NCBI GenBank assembly: GCA_963705305.1
Contig: OY970067.1
Span: forward strand, 3,968,001-4,032,000
DNA: 64,000 nucleotides
Source of the DNA: an uncultured Methylomirabilota bacterium
GTDB taxonomy: Bacteria; Methylomirabilota; Methylomirabilia; Methylomirabilales; 2-02-FULL-66-22
Reading direction: 5' to 3'
Below the pieces are notes generated by a model, which made no database searches, was not told where the DNA came from, and saw only the letters and a program-made list of their open reading frames with translations. Below are positions 1 through 9,607 of the stretch, piece after piece; positions within the stretch are counted from its first letter, which is position 1, and each line of letters begins with the position of its first letter. The position numbers and the translations under genes were made by a program.

Positions 1-110
1 ATTGGGGGCTGCTCGGAATGGAGGAGCGCGCCCAGGCGATCGGGGGTCGGTATCGGATTGAGTCACAGCCGGGCGGGGGCACGCGGATCATCGTGGAAGT
101 GGCTCGATGA
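1..110 (+). CDS. 3' end of NarX/HisKA_3-type sensor kinase (partial)
   Basis: Frame from nt 3 reads WGLLGMEERAQAIGGRYRIESQPGGGTRIIVEVAR*, a HATPase G2-box end; stop overlaps the next ATG (ATGA). Confidence 0.85.
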   Translation, partial: WGLLGMEERAQAIGGRYRIESQPGGGTRIIVEVAR

Positions 111-760
111 AGATTCGCGTGTTACTAGCCGATGATCACGCGCTCGTGCGGGACGGATTGCGGGCCTTATTGGAGACCCAGCCGGACCTCATGGTGGTCG
201 GTGACGCGGCCACGGGGCGCGAGGCCGTGACCGCTGCCGCGGCTCTTCGCCCCGACGTCGTCCTCCTAGATATTGCCATGCCCGATCTCAACGGGATCGA
301 CGCCGCCCGCCGGATCCGTGAAATATGCCCGTCCGCGCGGGTCGTCATCCTCTCGATGCACTCGACTGCCGAACACGTATTTCAAGCGTTGCAAGCCGGT
401 GTGCACGGCTACCTGCTGAAACAGTCCGCCGGCGCCGAAGTCATCGATGCCATCCGTGCGGTCCAGGCCGGCCGTCGCTACTTGAGCGAGAAGATCTCGG
501 AAGCGGTCATCGAGGACTATATCCGCTACCGCGAGGTCGGCGATACGAAGAGCCCACTGGCACACCTCAGCAGCCGCGAACGCGAAATCCTCCAACTCAT
601 CGTCGAAGGCAAGTCGCGGTCCGAGATCGCCGCCGCTCTATCGCTCTCGGTCAAGACCGTCGATACCTACCGCAGCCGGTTGCTGGATAAGCTGGGGATC
701 ACCGACATCCCAAGCCTCGTGAAGTTGGCGATGCAGCACGGATTGACTCCGTTGCCCTGA
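107..760 (+). CDS. NarL/LuxR-family response regulator
   Basis: REC (LADDH...LLDIAMP) plus LuxR HTH (LSSREREILQLIVEG...SVKTVDTYRSRL). Confidence 0.95.
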   Translation: MKIRVLLADDHALVRDGLRALLETQPDLMVVGDAATGREAVTAAAALRPDVVLLDIAMPDLNGIDAARRIREICPSARVVILSMHSTAEHVFQALQAGVHGYLLKQSAGAEVIDAIRAVQAGRRYLSEKISEAVIEDYIRYREVGDTKSPLAHLSSREREILQLIVEGKSRSEIAAALSLSVKTVDTYRSRLLDKLGITDIPSLVKLAMQHGLTPLP

Positions 761-928
761 TATCCGGCCAGGGACACCGAACCCCTCACTCAATCGGCTG
801 GCCTCTCACCCCTCTTTTTCAAACTCTTCCTACACGCGTGTCCGGCGGCTTCCGATAGACGCAGGATGCGGCCGAGCCTATATTCCACCTGGGGCTGTCT
901 GACCACCACTTCTGCCAAAGGAAGGGTA

Positions 929-1345
929 ATGCGCCCAACGATTCTGATCGTGGAGGATCAGGAACCAGTCAGGCGACTGTTAGGAGAATGGCTGGGGAGC
1001 GTGTTCCCGGGCGTCGAGGTGGTAGGGGCATCCAGCGGCGAGGAGGGGGTCGCGTCCGTCCAGACGCGGGCTCCCGGGGTGGTCCTGATGGACATTGGCC
1101 TCCCTGGGATGAGCGGGATCGAAGCCGTCCGGCGGATCAAGGCGGTGGCGCCGCACACGCGGATCGTGATGCTCACGGCGCTGAATGACGAGGTGCATCG
1201 GCGGGAGGCCTTTGCCGCCGGAGCCAGCGCCTACGTGCCGAAGGGGCGGATCCGGACCGAATTGATCCCGGTGATGGCCGGGCTGTTGACTTCCGACTCG
1301 GCACTTGCACCCGACGATAGAAATGGGGCCGACCCTTGCCGGTGA
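929..1345 (+). CDS. Single-domain response regulator
   Basis: ILIVED, VLMDIGLPGMSG and YVPK motifs; start placed at ATG 929 after GGAAGG. Confidence 0.9.
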   Translation: MRPTILIVEDQEPVRRLLGEWLGSVFPGVEVVGASSGEEGVASVQTRAPGVVLMDIGLPGMSGIEAVRRIKAVAPHTRIVMLTALNDEVHRREAFAAGASAYVPKGRIRTELIPVMAGLLTSDSALAPDDRNGADPCR

Positions 1346-1580
1346 GTATCGGGAGAGTGTGGCGCGCCAGAAACAGCCGGAATAGGACAGGCCGCAGCAC
1401 CGTGGGAGGGTTCTGCATGGCTTGGAGCCTAACTGTGTTCGATTCTCTGTATCCTTGGCGCGATCGAAGTGATCAGTCGTGAATGGTCGGTTGCCCTTGG
1501 CCGTCTGGACCGACCACCATCGTCTCCCCAGGGAATGGGGAATGAATCCGAGCCGAGCCAAGGGGCTCACGGGTCCCAAG

Positions 1581-2990
1581 ATGACTGAGCCAAGACCAAA
1601 GGTTCTCGTTGTGGATGACGAGCCGAACATTCGTTGGCTTCTGGCAGAGGTCCTCGAGCCTCACGGATTCCAAGTAGTGCCAGCAGAGGCTGGCCGAGTC
1701 GCCCTGGAACACGTCGCGAGAGAGCCTCCTGCCGCCGTGATCCTCGATCTCATGATGCCCGGGATAGACGGGATGCAGACCCTTGCGCGACTGAAGGAGA
1801 TCGCCCCCCGGGTTCCGGTCATCATGCTCACCGCCCACGGGAACGTCCCCTCGGCGGTCGAGGCTATGAAGTGCGGGGCATTTCACTTTGCCACCAAGCC
1901 TTTCCGAAATGACGACTTGCTCCTCCACGTCCAGCGGGCGGTCGAGCACCATCACCTGTTGACCGAAATTGAGGCGCTTCGAGGCCACCGCACGGCGGAA
2001 AGCTTCCTCAAGAAAGTGATGGGGCCGAGTCAAATGGTGGACAAGCTGGCTCAAGAAGTTGACAAGGTGGCGTCGTCGAATCTGTCGGTACTGATCCAAG
2101 GAGAGACCGGAACAGGGAAGGAACTGGTGGCCCGGTGCATCCACCAACTGAGTGCCCAGCGCGAGAAGCGCTTCGTCGCGTTGGATTCCGGTGCTATTCC
2201 TGAGACCCTGATCGATTCGGAGCTGTTCGGACACGAGAAAGGCGCGTTCACCGGGGCACACCGGGCGCACGAGGGGGTCATCCGGTTCGCCGACGGGGGG
2301 ACTCTCTTGCTCGATGAGATCTCCAATCTTTCTCCCTTCACCCAGGCGAAGCTACTGCGGGTCCTGCAGGAGAAGCAGGTGCTCCCCGTAGGTGGCACCC
2401 AGGCGGTCCCGATCAATGTCCGATTCCTCGCCGCCTGCAACGTCTCGCTGGAGAAAGAAATGAAGGCTGGCCGGTTCAGGCAGGACCTCTTTTTCCGGGT
2501 GACGGAATTCCTCATCGAGCTGCCAGCGCTCAGGGGGCGCCGTGAGGATGTTCTGTACTTGGCGAATCGCTTCCTAACTGAAATCAGCCTGGAACTCAAG
2601 AAGCCGTCACGAGGGATCTCGGAGGGGGCGGCCCAGCTCCTCCTCCAATACCCGTGGCCGGGAAATGTTCGGGAGTTGAGGAACACTATCCGCCGAGCTG
2701 CCGTCCTCGGCGCCGGCTTCATACTGCCAGAGCATATTCTGCTCTCGGGTGCCAATGGAGATGAGTCCGCGTTAAGCGAACCGCCACAGCATGAACTCCC
2801 TGGTTTCTCACTGAGGAAGGCAAGGGAGTGCGCTAGCGCCGAAGCCGAACGACGGGTGATCCGCCAGGCTCTCTTGGCGGCTCAGGGGAACAAGAGCGAG
2901 GCAGCCCGACTGCTGAAGACTGATTTCAAGACGCTGCATCTCAAAATGCACCGCTACGGGATCTCGGCGCAGGACTTTAATGGAGCTTAG
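1581..2990 (+). CDS. NtrC-family sigma54-dependent response regulator (GvrA-like)
   Basis: REC + AAA ([22 protein letters not shown]) + Fis HTH; start estimated. Confidence 0.93.
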   Translation: MTEPRPKVLVVDDEPNIRWLLAEVLEPHGFQVVPAEAGRVALEHVAREPPAAVILDLMMPGIDGMQTLARLKEIAPRVPVIMLTAHGNVPSAVEAMKCGAFHFATKPFRNDDLLLHVQRAVEHHHLLTEIEALRGHRTAESFLKKVMGPSQMVDKLAQEVDKVASSNLSVLIQGETGTGKELVARCIHQLSAQREKRFVALDSGAIPETLIDSELFGHEKGAFTGAHRAHEGVIRFADGGTLLLDEISNLSPFTQAKLLRVLQEKQVLPVGGTQAVPINVRFLAACNVSLEKEMKAGRFRQDLFFRVTEFLIELPALRGRREDVLYLANRFLTEISLELKKPSRGISEGAAQLLLQYPWPGNVRELRNTIRRAAVLGAGFILPEHILLSGANGDESALSEPPQHELPGFSLRKARECASAEAERRVIRQALLAAQGNKSEAARLLKTDFKTLHLKMHRYGISAQDFNGA

Positions 2991-3225
2991 CGATTGCTCC
3001 AGGCCGCTCGCTCCAGACACCATTCGCCCATCGGCAGGGCCACGGCCCGGAAGGGGGCCGAGCATCTGCACTATGGTGTTTCCTCCAGAGGGCTGGCATC
3101 CCGCCTAGGGGCTGAGCGGCTATTGTGGATCGACCGTCTCCTCTATCGCCCCCATATCTTGGGCGCAGTCGAAGCAGTGCCGCAAATGGTAGCGCCGTCA
3201 GTCGGTCGTCCCACCTGGGGCGCTT

Positions 3226-3240
3226 CGGCATCAGACTTGC
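3226..3240 (+). promoter_or_regulatory. Putative sigma54 (-24/-12) promoter for the kinase-gvp operon
   Basis: CGGCATCAGACTTGC: GG-N10-GC with TTGC; downstream of an activator gene and 50 nt before the in-frame GTG 3290 preceded by GAGGG. Confidence 0.65.
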
Positions 3241-3289
3241 CTCTCCTCTTTCGCACAATCTTCCGGTGCGGGTCAGAGCGAGGGAAACA

Positions 3290-4607
3290 GTGCCCACTGT
3301 CGAGCGACGGACAAGCCTTCGGCTGGGAAAGCGCACGGCCCCTGAGAGCCGGAATATCCCGCTGGAGGTGCTGACCCACCTTCCCGCGTCCATTCTGATC
3401 ATTGCCTCGAACCTGGAGATCACGTTTGCCAACCGGAACTTCCTGGTCAAGTCGCGGAAGGAAGAGCACGAGGTCATCGGACGGCAGGTGCGGGAGATCT
3501 TCCCTCCGGTGATTCTCCGCTGGACGCACCTCGAGCGGCGCATTCGGAAGGTCTGCGAAACCGCTCTCCCGTTTGACGGCGGAGAAATGGAGTATCGCGC
3601 GCCGGGCCTTGCCCGTCGCGTTTACTTCTTCAGCTTGACGCCCCTCAATGCGAACGACGGCCAAGTGACGAGCGTCATGCTCTTCATGGATGACGTGACC
3701 GAGAAGAAAAGCCTGGGGGAGCGCATCCGGGAAGTGGAACGGCATCTCGCCAGTGTGGTGGAGAGCGCCCACGACCTCATCATCTCCCTGTATGCGACCG
3801 GCGCCGTCATGACTTGGAACGCCGCCGCCGAGCGGATCCTGGGATTCTCCCCTCCGGAGGTTGTCGGGAGGCCTTTTGCCGACCTCCTCTCCCCGGCAGA
3901 CTCTTCCGCGCTTGCCACCCTCTTCTCCACGCTGAACGGGGAGGCCAGCGTCCCTGAATTCGAGACGGCCACGAAGGCGAAGAACGGACGGGAGCTTTTC
4001 ATCTCCTGGCGCTTCTCGGCCATGCACGACGAGGATGGCCGGGTAGCCGCGCTGGTGGGGGTGGGGCGGGACCTCACGGAGAAGCGCCAGCTGGAGCTCC
4101 GGATGATCCAGTCGGCCAAGATGGCGGCCCTCGGTGAAATGGCCGGCGGCGTCGCGCACGAGATGCGGAACCCGCTCGCCATCGCCTCGTCCGCGGCGCA
4201 AATCCTCCTCAAGCGGGGAGATGATTGCCGCCTTCGGCAGGAGTGTGCCGAGAAGATCCACATGGCGGCGGGCAGGGCTGCGGTCATCATTGAAAACCTG
4301 TTGCGATTTGCGCGACCGTCGGAAGGGGAAGCGGAGCGCGTGGATGTCAACGCTGCGGTAGAGGAAACCCTCTCGTTGATCGGGTACCAGGTCTCGCTTC
4401 AATCCATCGAGGTGGAGAGACGACTTGCCCCCAGGCTCCCGAGGGTGAAAGGCAACAAGAACCAGCTGCAGTGGGAAGGGAACAGGGCTCGGCCTGTCGA
4501 TTGCCTACAGCATTGTCCAGCAACACGGAGGAGCAACCGTGGTGGAGAGCGAGCCAGGGAAAGGCTCGACCTTTACTGTTACTTTACCCGCCATCAGCGG
4601 AGAGTAA
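3290..4607 (+). pseudogene. PAS-PAS histidine kinase (GvrB-like) with an internally deleted, frameshifted HATPase domain
   Basis: H-box AHEMRNPL is intact. After NKNQLQ (4471) the N/G1/F boxes are missing; [20 protein letters not shown]...* continues in another frame to TAA 4607, while the original frame runs into the next receiver. Confidence 0.8.
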
Positions 4608-4612
4608 GGGAA

Positions 4613-5041
4613 ATGCTCGAGGTCTTGGTGGTCGATGACGAGGAAGACATCTGCTGGGCCTTGGAGAATGGCTTGGCGGATGAGGGAGTGCACATCACCC
4701 GCGTCCTCCGAGCAGAGGATGCCATCGAAGCTGTCCGGGTGGGGAGATTTGACGCGGCCATCATTGACGTCAAGCTTCCCGGCAAGAGCGGGATCGAGGT
4801 CTCCCGCGTTATCCGGCAACTCGCACCACAACTCTCGATCGTGATGATTTCGGGTTTCCACTACGAGGAGGATCAGCCCATCCAGGAAGGGCTGCGGCGC
4901 GGAGATTTCCAAGGCTTCATGAGCAAGCCCTTTGAGCTCGATGACCTCTCGGCGTTCCTGCGGCAGGTCGTCAAGGAAGCCGGGAGTGGCCCCTCCAGCT
5001 GGCGATCGGCCAGGGGGGGCAACCCGAGAGGAGGTGAGTGA
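4613..5041 (+). CDS. Single-domain response regulator (GvrC-like), now in frame with the truncated kinase
   Basis: [10 protein letters not shown]...IIDVKLP...FMSKPF; has its own ATG 5 nt after the ancestral kinase stop. Confidence 0.85.
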   Translation: MLEVLVVDDEEDICWALENGLADEGVHITRVLRAEDAIEAVRVGRFDAAIIDVKLPGKSGIEVSRVIRQLAPQLSIVMISGFHYEEDQPIQEGLRRGDFQGFMSKPFELDDLSAFLRQVVKEAGSGPSSWRSARGGNPRGGE

Positions 5042-5043
5042 GC

Positions 5044-5259
5044 ATGGCAGTCGAGAAGACCATCGCATCGTCCAGTTTGGTGGAAGTCGTGGATCGGATC
5101 CTGGACAAGGGTGTGGTCATCGATGCCTGGGTGCGGGTGTCCCTGGTGGGCATCGAGCTCCTGGCCATCGAGGCCCGGGCCGTGGTGGCGTCCGTGGAGA
5201 CGTACCTCAAGTACGCTGAGGCCATCGGCCTGACCGCCACCGCCGCCGCGCCTGCGTAA
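5044..5259 (+). CDS. gvpA: Major gas vesicle structural protein GvpA
   Basis: [62 protein letters not shown], a canonical GvpA; strong GGAGG RBS. Confidence 0.98.
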   Translation: MAVEKTIASSSLVEVVDRILDKGVVIDAWVRVSLVGIELLAIEARAVVASVETYLKYAEAIGLTATAAAPA

Positions 5260-5387
5260 AGCGGGACCGAGGCGCATGGAGGATCGATGCCGGGGCATCC
5301 TAGAGCGCAAGGCGCAAAGAGCATGTCCCGCCATCCCTCTTCCCTCCCACTTGTGAATGTCATGACAGCACACATGGAGGGTAGACA

Positions 5388-5753
5388 ATGGGATGGGCAA
5401 ATGAGATGGGCGGACTGACCCAGGAGATCGTAGCAGGACATACAGCACGATCAAACGAGCGGAAAGGTCGGCAGGCGAGCGTGGCGCGGTTCCTGTCAGA
5501 GACGGAGACCACTCGCAAGGGAGAATTCGAGAAGCTGCGCGGGCAGATCGTGGCCCAGCGGCAGAAGCGGAACCACCAGGTGGCTGGGATGCGCCAGGAC
5601 GCTGCGGTCCAGCTTGGTCGTTTCCAGCAGGAGGAAGCGCTCGCGCAGTCGCACTGGCTCGGCCTCGGCAAAACCCTGGCCAGAAGGCGTCCGGATAGTG
5701 GCCAGCAAGTGAGCGAACCCAAGACTTCTCGAAAGCGTGTGGCCAGCAACTGA
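5388..5753 (+). CDS. GvpC-like helical protein
   Basis: Lies between gvpA and gvpN; Q/R/E-rich amphipathic segments (RQASVARFLSETETTR). Confidence 0.6.
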   Translation: MGWANEMGGLTQEIVAGHTARSNERKGRQASVARFLSETETTRKGEFEKLRGQIVAQRQKRNHQVAGMRQDAAVQLGRFQQEEALAQSHWLGLGKTLARRRPDSGQQVSEPKTSRKRVASN

Positions 5754-5791
5754 ATGAAACCGAAACCTCCGGATAGAGGTCACGGGATGTC

Positions 5792-6487
5792 ATGATGACA
5801 ATACCAGCTCAGATGGACCGCCTCACGCACGAGATCATTGCATCCTACGAGGCCCGGGTCGCTTCGGTCGAACAGATCATCGATGCGGCGCACGACATAT
5901 TGGACATCTTCCGGCGTCAGGGGGAGGCGGTGCGGGCAGAACTCCGAGAGAGCCTGGCCAAGGCCGCCTCGCTCAGACGCCGGGATTTCGATACCCTGAT
6001 GCGAGGGGTCTTGGCGCGGCAGGAAGAGCAAGAGGAGGCGGTGAAACGGACGATCCGTGTCTACCTCCAGGAGCAGCGAGTGCGCGCGGCATCGCTCAGG
6101 GAAATCATGGCGGGGCGCAGCGCCCTGCAAGCGGAGAGCCTGACGGACGTTCTGACCACGACGCATGCGCACTGGGCGGCGCGAGAGCGGGAAGTCCGGA
6201 GCCTGTTAGCCGACTTCCAGCATGAGCAGGAGGAGTTGGCGCGTGCCCTGAAAGAGCTCCTCGCACGTCCCGAGACCGCCGGAGTCAAGGCGCTCAAGGC
6301 CACCCTGAGGAGCCTCCAGATCAGATCGAGTACATTCGTGACACGGCTGCGAGACGCCAGTGCACGCGGTGCGGCACCTGAGGAATCCGGCGAGGAAGAT
6401 CAGGGAGGGCCGGAGAAGCAGCGCGCCCGTTCGGAAACCGCGCCCCTTGCATTCGCTATGGCAGCCCTGGGAGAGCTTCATGATTGA
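5792..6487 (+). CDS. Second GvpC-like helical repeat protein
   Basis: N-terminus MDRLTHEIIASYEAR resembles the upstream ORF (MGGLTQEIVAGHTAR); repeated V...(I/L)..(Y/F)..EQ segments. Confidence 0.5.
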   Translation: MMTIPAQMDRLTHEIIASYEARVASVEQIIDAAHDILDIFRRQGEAVRAELRESLAKAASLRRRDFDTLMRGVLARQEEQEEAVKRTIRVYLQEQRVRAASLREIMAGRSALQAESLTDVLTTTHAHWAAREREVRSLLADFQHEQEELARALKELLARPETAGVKALKATLRSLQIRSSTFVTRLRDASARGAAPEESGEEDQGGPEKQRARSETAPLAFAMAALGELHD

Positions 6488-7400
6488 GGAACTGACCACG
6501 GTCTTTGAGCCGGCCCCCCTGGCGGATTTTGTGGAGACCGAGTATGTCGCCGATCTGACCCGGCGAGCCCTCGGGTACCTGCAGGCCGGCTTCCCCGTCC
6601 ACTTTCGCGGGCCCTCGGGCACCGGGAAGAGCACCCTGGCACTGCATGTGGCCTCGAGACTCGGGCGCCCCGTGGTCTTGCTGCATGGCAACGAAACCTT
6701 CACCACCTCGGATCTCATCGGCGGGGAAAGCGGCTATCACCTGCGCAAAGTGGTCGATCGCTTTGTCACCCGCGTCTTGAAGGTGGAAGAGGACATGTCT
6801 CCGCGCTGGATCGACAACCGGCTCACCATCGCCTGTAAATACGGCTTCACACTGGTCTACGACGAGTTCACGCGATCCCGGCCGGAGGCGAACAACATCC
6901 TGCTCTCGATCCTCCAAGAGCGCATCCTGGACCTACCGAGCGCCCGGGGGGGAGACGAGAATCTCCTCCGCGTGCATCCCGACTTCCGTGCGCTCTTCAC
7001 CTCGAACCCGGAAGAGTACGCCGGCGTGCATCGGAGCCAGGACGCCTTGCGCGATCGGATGATCACCCTCGATCTTGACCACTTCGATGCGGCCACCGAG
7101 ATCGGGATCGTGCAGGGCAAATCGGGCCTCCCGAGGAAGGATGCGGAAAGCGTCGTCCGCGTCGTCCGGGGGCTCCGGGAGTCGGGGGCGTGCGAGTTCC
7201 CGCCGACCATTCGGGGGGCCATCATGATTGCGAAGTCGCTCCGGACCCTCAATGGGCACGCACGACCGCTCTACCGGAACGCGACCTTCTTGCAGATCTG
7301 CCAGGACATCCTGGCTTCGGAGACGAGCCGGGTGGGGAGCAGGACTAACCAGACCAAGGTGCGAGAGCTGGTGAAACGATCAGTCAGGCAGCTCCGCTAG
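6480..7400 (+). CDS. gvpN: Gas vesicle MoxR-type AAA ATPase GvpN
   Basis: GPSGTGKS, WIDNRLT, YDEFTRSRPEANN, FTSNPEEYAGVH. Confidence 0.96.
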   Translation: MIEELTTVFEPAPLADFVETEYVADLTRRALGYLQAGFPVHFRGPSGTGKSTLALHVASRLGRPVVLLHGNETFTTSDLIGGESGYHLRKVVDRFVTRVLKVEEDMSPRWIDNRLTIACKYGFTLVYDEFTRSRPEANNILLSILQERILDLPSARGGDENLLRVHPDFRALFTSNPEEYAGVHRSQDALRDRMITLDLDHFDAATEIGIVQGKSGLPRKDAESVVRVVRGLRESGACEFPPTIRGAIMIAKSLRTLNGHARPLYRNATFLQICQDILASETSRVGSRTNQTKVRELVKRSVRQLR

Positions 7401-7461
7401 CCCTGCCGGGGATAGGCATCGAGCGCTGACGGGCGGAGGCTCGCGGAAGGAGCGGATCGTC

Positions 7462-7785
7462 ATGCGGGGCGTGATCGACATCGGAGGATTTCGAGACATC
7501 CGCAGGATGCAGAGCGCGGGATGTCGTTCCATCCCCAAACTGCAGACCTCCGGATACCTCGAACTGTACATGCTCCACAAGGAACGAGAGCGGCTCCTCA
7601 AGGAAGAGGCCATCCTCGCCCGACGCCACGAGAGGAACCGGAAGCGCCTGGCGGAGATCCAGGCCCAGATGCAGGGCATGGACGGAGTCGTCCAACCGGA
7701 TCCCTCAGCTCCGCCAACCAAGCGGAGAGGAAACGGCTCCAGCCACGGGAAGCGGACGTGGAAGACCGTCCCCTTGAACTACTAA
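7462..7785 (+). CDS. gvpV: GvpV-like protein
   Basis: YLELYMLHKERERL coiled coil directly after gvpN. Confidence 0.6.
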   Translation: MRGVIDIGGFRDIRRMQSAGCRSIPKLQTSGYLELYMLHKERERLLKEEAILARRHERNRKRLAEIQAQMQGMDGVVQPDPSAPPTKRRGNGSSHGKRTWKTVPLNY

Positions 7786-7797
7786 GAAGGAGTGCTC

Positions 7798-8844
7798 ATG
7801 GAGGCCCTGCACCTGTACTGCGTCGCCACCCCTGGCACACGCCTGGACGCTGATCTCATCGGTCTCGCCGAGCACCCCGTCTCCGTCATCCGTGAAAAAG
7901 ATCTGTTCGCATTGGTGAGCCCGGCACCCCAGCGGCCCTACAAGGCGATGCCACGGGGGGAGATCCTTCCCCTCCTGGCGACCCACCAGGCCGTCATCGA
8001 ACAGGCCATGACCTGCCTCACCGTGGTCCCGGTGAAGTTCGGCACCGTGGTTCGTGATGAACAGGAGGTCCGCAGGATCCTGCGGAAGGCCCGCGGCTGC
8101 TTTGCCTCCGCCCTCGAGGCCCTCGCCGGGAATGTGGAACTCGACGTGGTGGCGCAGTGGCGGTCCCTCGATGCGGTGTTGCAGCACATCGCGGAAGAGC
8201 CGCAGATTTCGTCCCAGCGCGCGGCGATCGCGAACCAGCCGTCCTCCGCGACCGTGGATCCGCGGATCCGGATTGGTATGCTGCTGAAGGCTCGGCTGGA
8301 TGCGCTGCGGGAAGCGCGGTCAATCGAGATCCTGAAGGCGCTCTCGCCATTCGTCCAGGATTCCTGCCGTCATGCCCTCGCGGGTGATCGGATGCTCTTC
8401 AACGCCGCGTTCCTGGTGGATCGGACGCAGGAGGCGGCATTCACGCGGGCCCTGGAGGCGCTCGATCGTGGCTACGCGGACGCGGTCGATTTCCGCTGTG
8501 TCGGGCCACTCCCTGCCTATAGCTTCTGCACCCTGGAAATCAAGACGTTCGAGGTAGCGGGGGTCGAACGTGCGCGACAGGTGCTGGGGATCGGGGAGGC
8601 GGCCGGGGCGCCGGAGGTCCGGGCGGCATACCGGCGGCAGGCCCACCAGTGGCACCCCGATCGTGTCACCCAAAACCGTGACCCGGCCTCCGGCGACCCG
8701 AATCCCGTGTTCCAGGCGCTGACGGACGCCTACCGGTACCTGGAAGCGTACCTCGAGGTTGGAAGCTCACTCCACCCGAACGATGTCCGCTCTGCGGTGG
8801 CCGTGACGCGGTACCAATGGGCGCAGGATGCCGCACGTGCCTGA
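7798..8844 (+). CDS. GvpF/GvpL-family protein with a C-terminal DnaJ J-domain
   Basis: HQAVIE, VVPVKFGT, NAAFLVD and VGPLPAYSF motifs, followed by ARQVLGI...EVRAAYRRQAHQWHPD. Confidence 0.88.
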   Translation: MEALHLYCVATPGTRLDADLIGLAEHPVSVIREKDLFALVSPAPQRPYKAMPRGEILPLLATHQAVIEQAMTCLTVVPVKFGTVVRDEQEVRRILRKARGCFASALEALAGNVELDVVAQWRSLDAVLQHIAEEPQISSQRAAIANQPSSATVDPRIRIGMLLKARLDALREARSIEILKALSPFVQDSCRHALAGDRMLFNAAFLVDRTQEAAFTRALEALDRGYADAVDFRCVGPLPAYSFCTLEIKTFEVAGVERARQVLGIGEAAGAPEVRAAYRRQAHQWHPDRVTQNRDPASGDPNPVFQALTDAYRYLEAYLEVGSSLHPNDVRSAVAVTRYQWAQDAARA

Positions 8845-9589
8845 ATACGGAAAGTACCTGTACGGCATCATCGCCGCCGACGAGGCGCGGAACTTCGGTC
8901 CCATCGGGATTGGGGGTCGAGAGGTGGAAACCATCCACCACCAACATCTCAGCGCGGTGATCAGCTCCATCCCGTTGCCCCAGTGTGTCCTCAGCAAAGA
9001 GAGCCTCCTGGCCCACGAGCGGGTCCTGGAGCGGGTGATGGCCGAATACACGGTCCTGCCGGTCAAGTTTTATACGGTCGGGGCCAACGTCGAGGAGATC
9101 CAACGTCTGATCGAGCTGCGGTATCAAGAGCTCCTGTTCGTGCTGCGTGACCTGGAGGGCAAGGTGGAGCTTGGGGTCAAGGCGACATGGCGCGAGATGC
9201 GCAGCGTGCTCCAGGAAATCGCGGGCGAGCACCCGGAAATCAAGCGCCTGAAGGAGAAGGCGGCCGAGAAGCCCCCGCACCCGAGCTATGCGGAAGGCGT
9301 CGCGATCGGGGAGATGGTCGCGGCCGCCCTCGAGGCAAAGAAAACCCAAGAGGCGGAGGTGATCCTGGCCGGGTTGCGGCGACTGGCGGTGAATTACCGG
9401 CTCAACCGTACCATCGGGGAGCGGATGCTCCTGAACGCCGCCTTCCTGGTCGATCGCGCCCGGGAGCACGAGTTCGATGCGGAGGTGGATCGGCTGGACC
9501 ATCGCCATGGCGGACGGACCAAGTTCACCTACGTGGGACCGGTCCCCCCCTACAACTTCGTCAACATCACCCTGCGGCCGGGCGACTGA
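8828..9589 (+). CDS. gvpF: GvpF/GvpL-family protein
   Basis: GKYLYGII, AHERVLE, GKVELGVK, NAAFLVD, GPVPPYNFV. Confidence 0.92.
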   Translation: MPHVPEYGKYLYGIIAADEARNFGPIGIGGREVETIHHQHLSAVISSIPLPQCVLSKESLLAHERVLERVMAEYTVLPVKFYTVGANVEEIQRLIELRYQELLFVLRDLEGKVELGVKATWREMRSVLQEIAGEHPEIKRLKEKAAEKPPHPSYAEGVAIGEMVAAALEAKKTQEAEVILAGLRRLAVNYRLNRTIGERMLLNAAFLVDRAREHEFDAEVDRLDHRHGGRTKFTYVGPVPPYNFVNITLRPGD

Positions 9590-9607
9590 GTCGGCGAGGA
9601 CCCTTGC

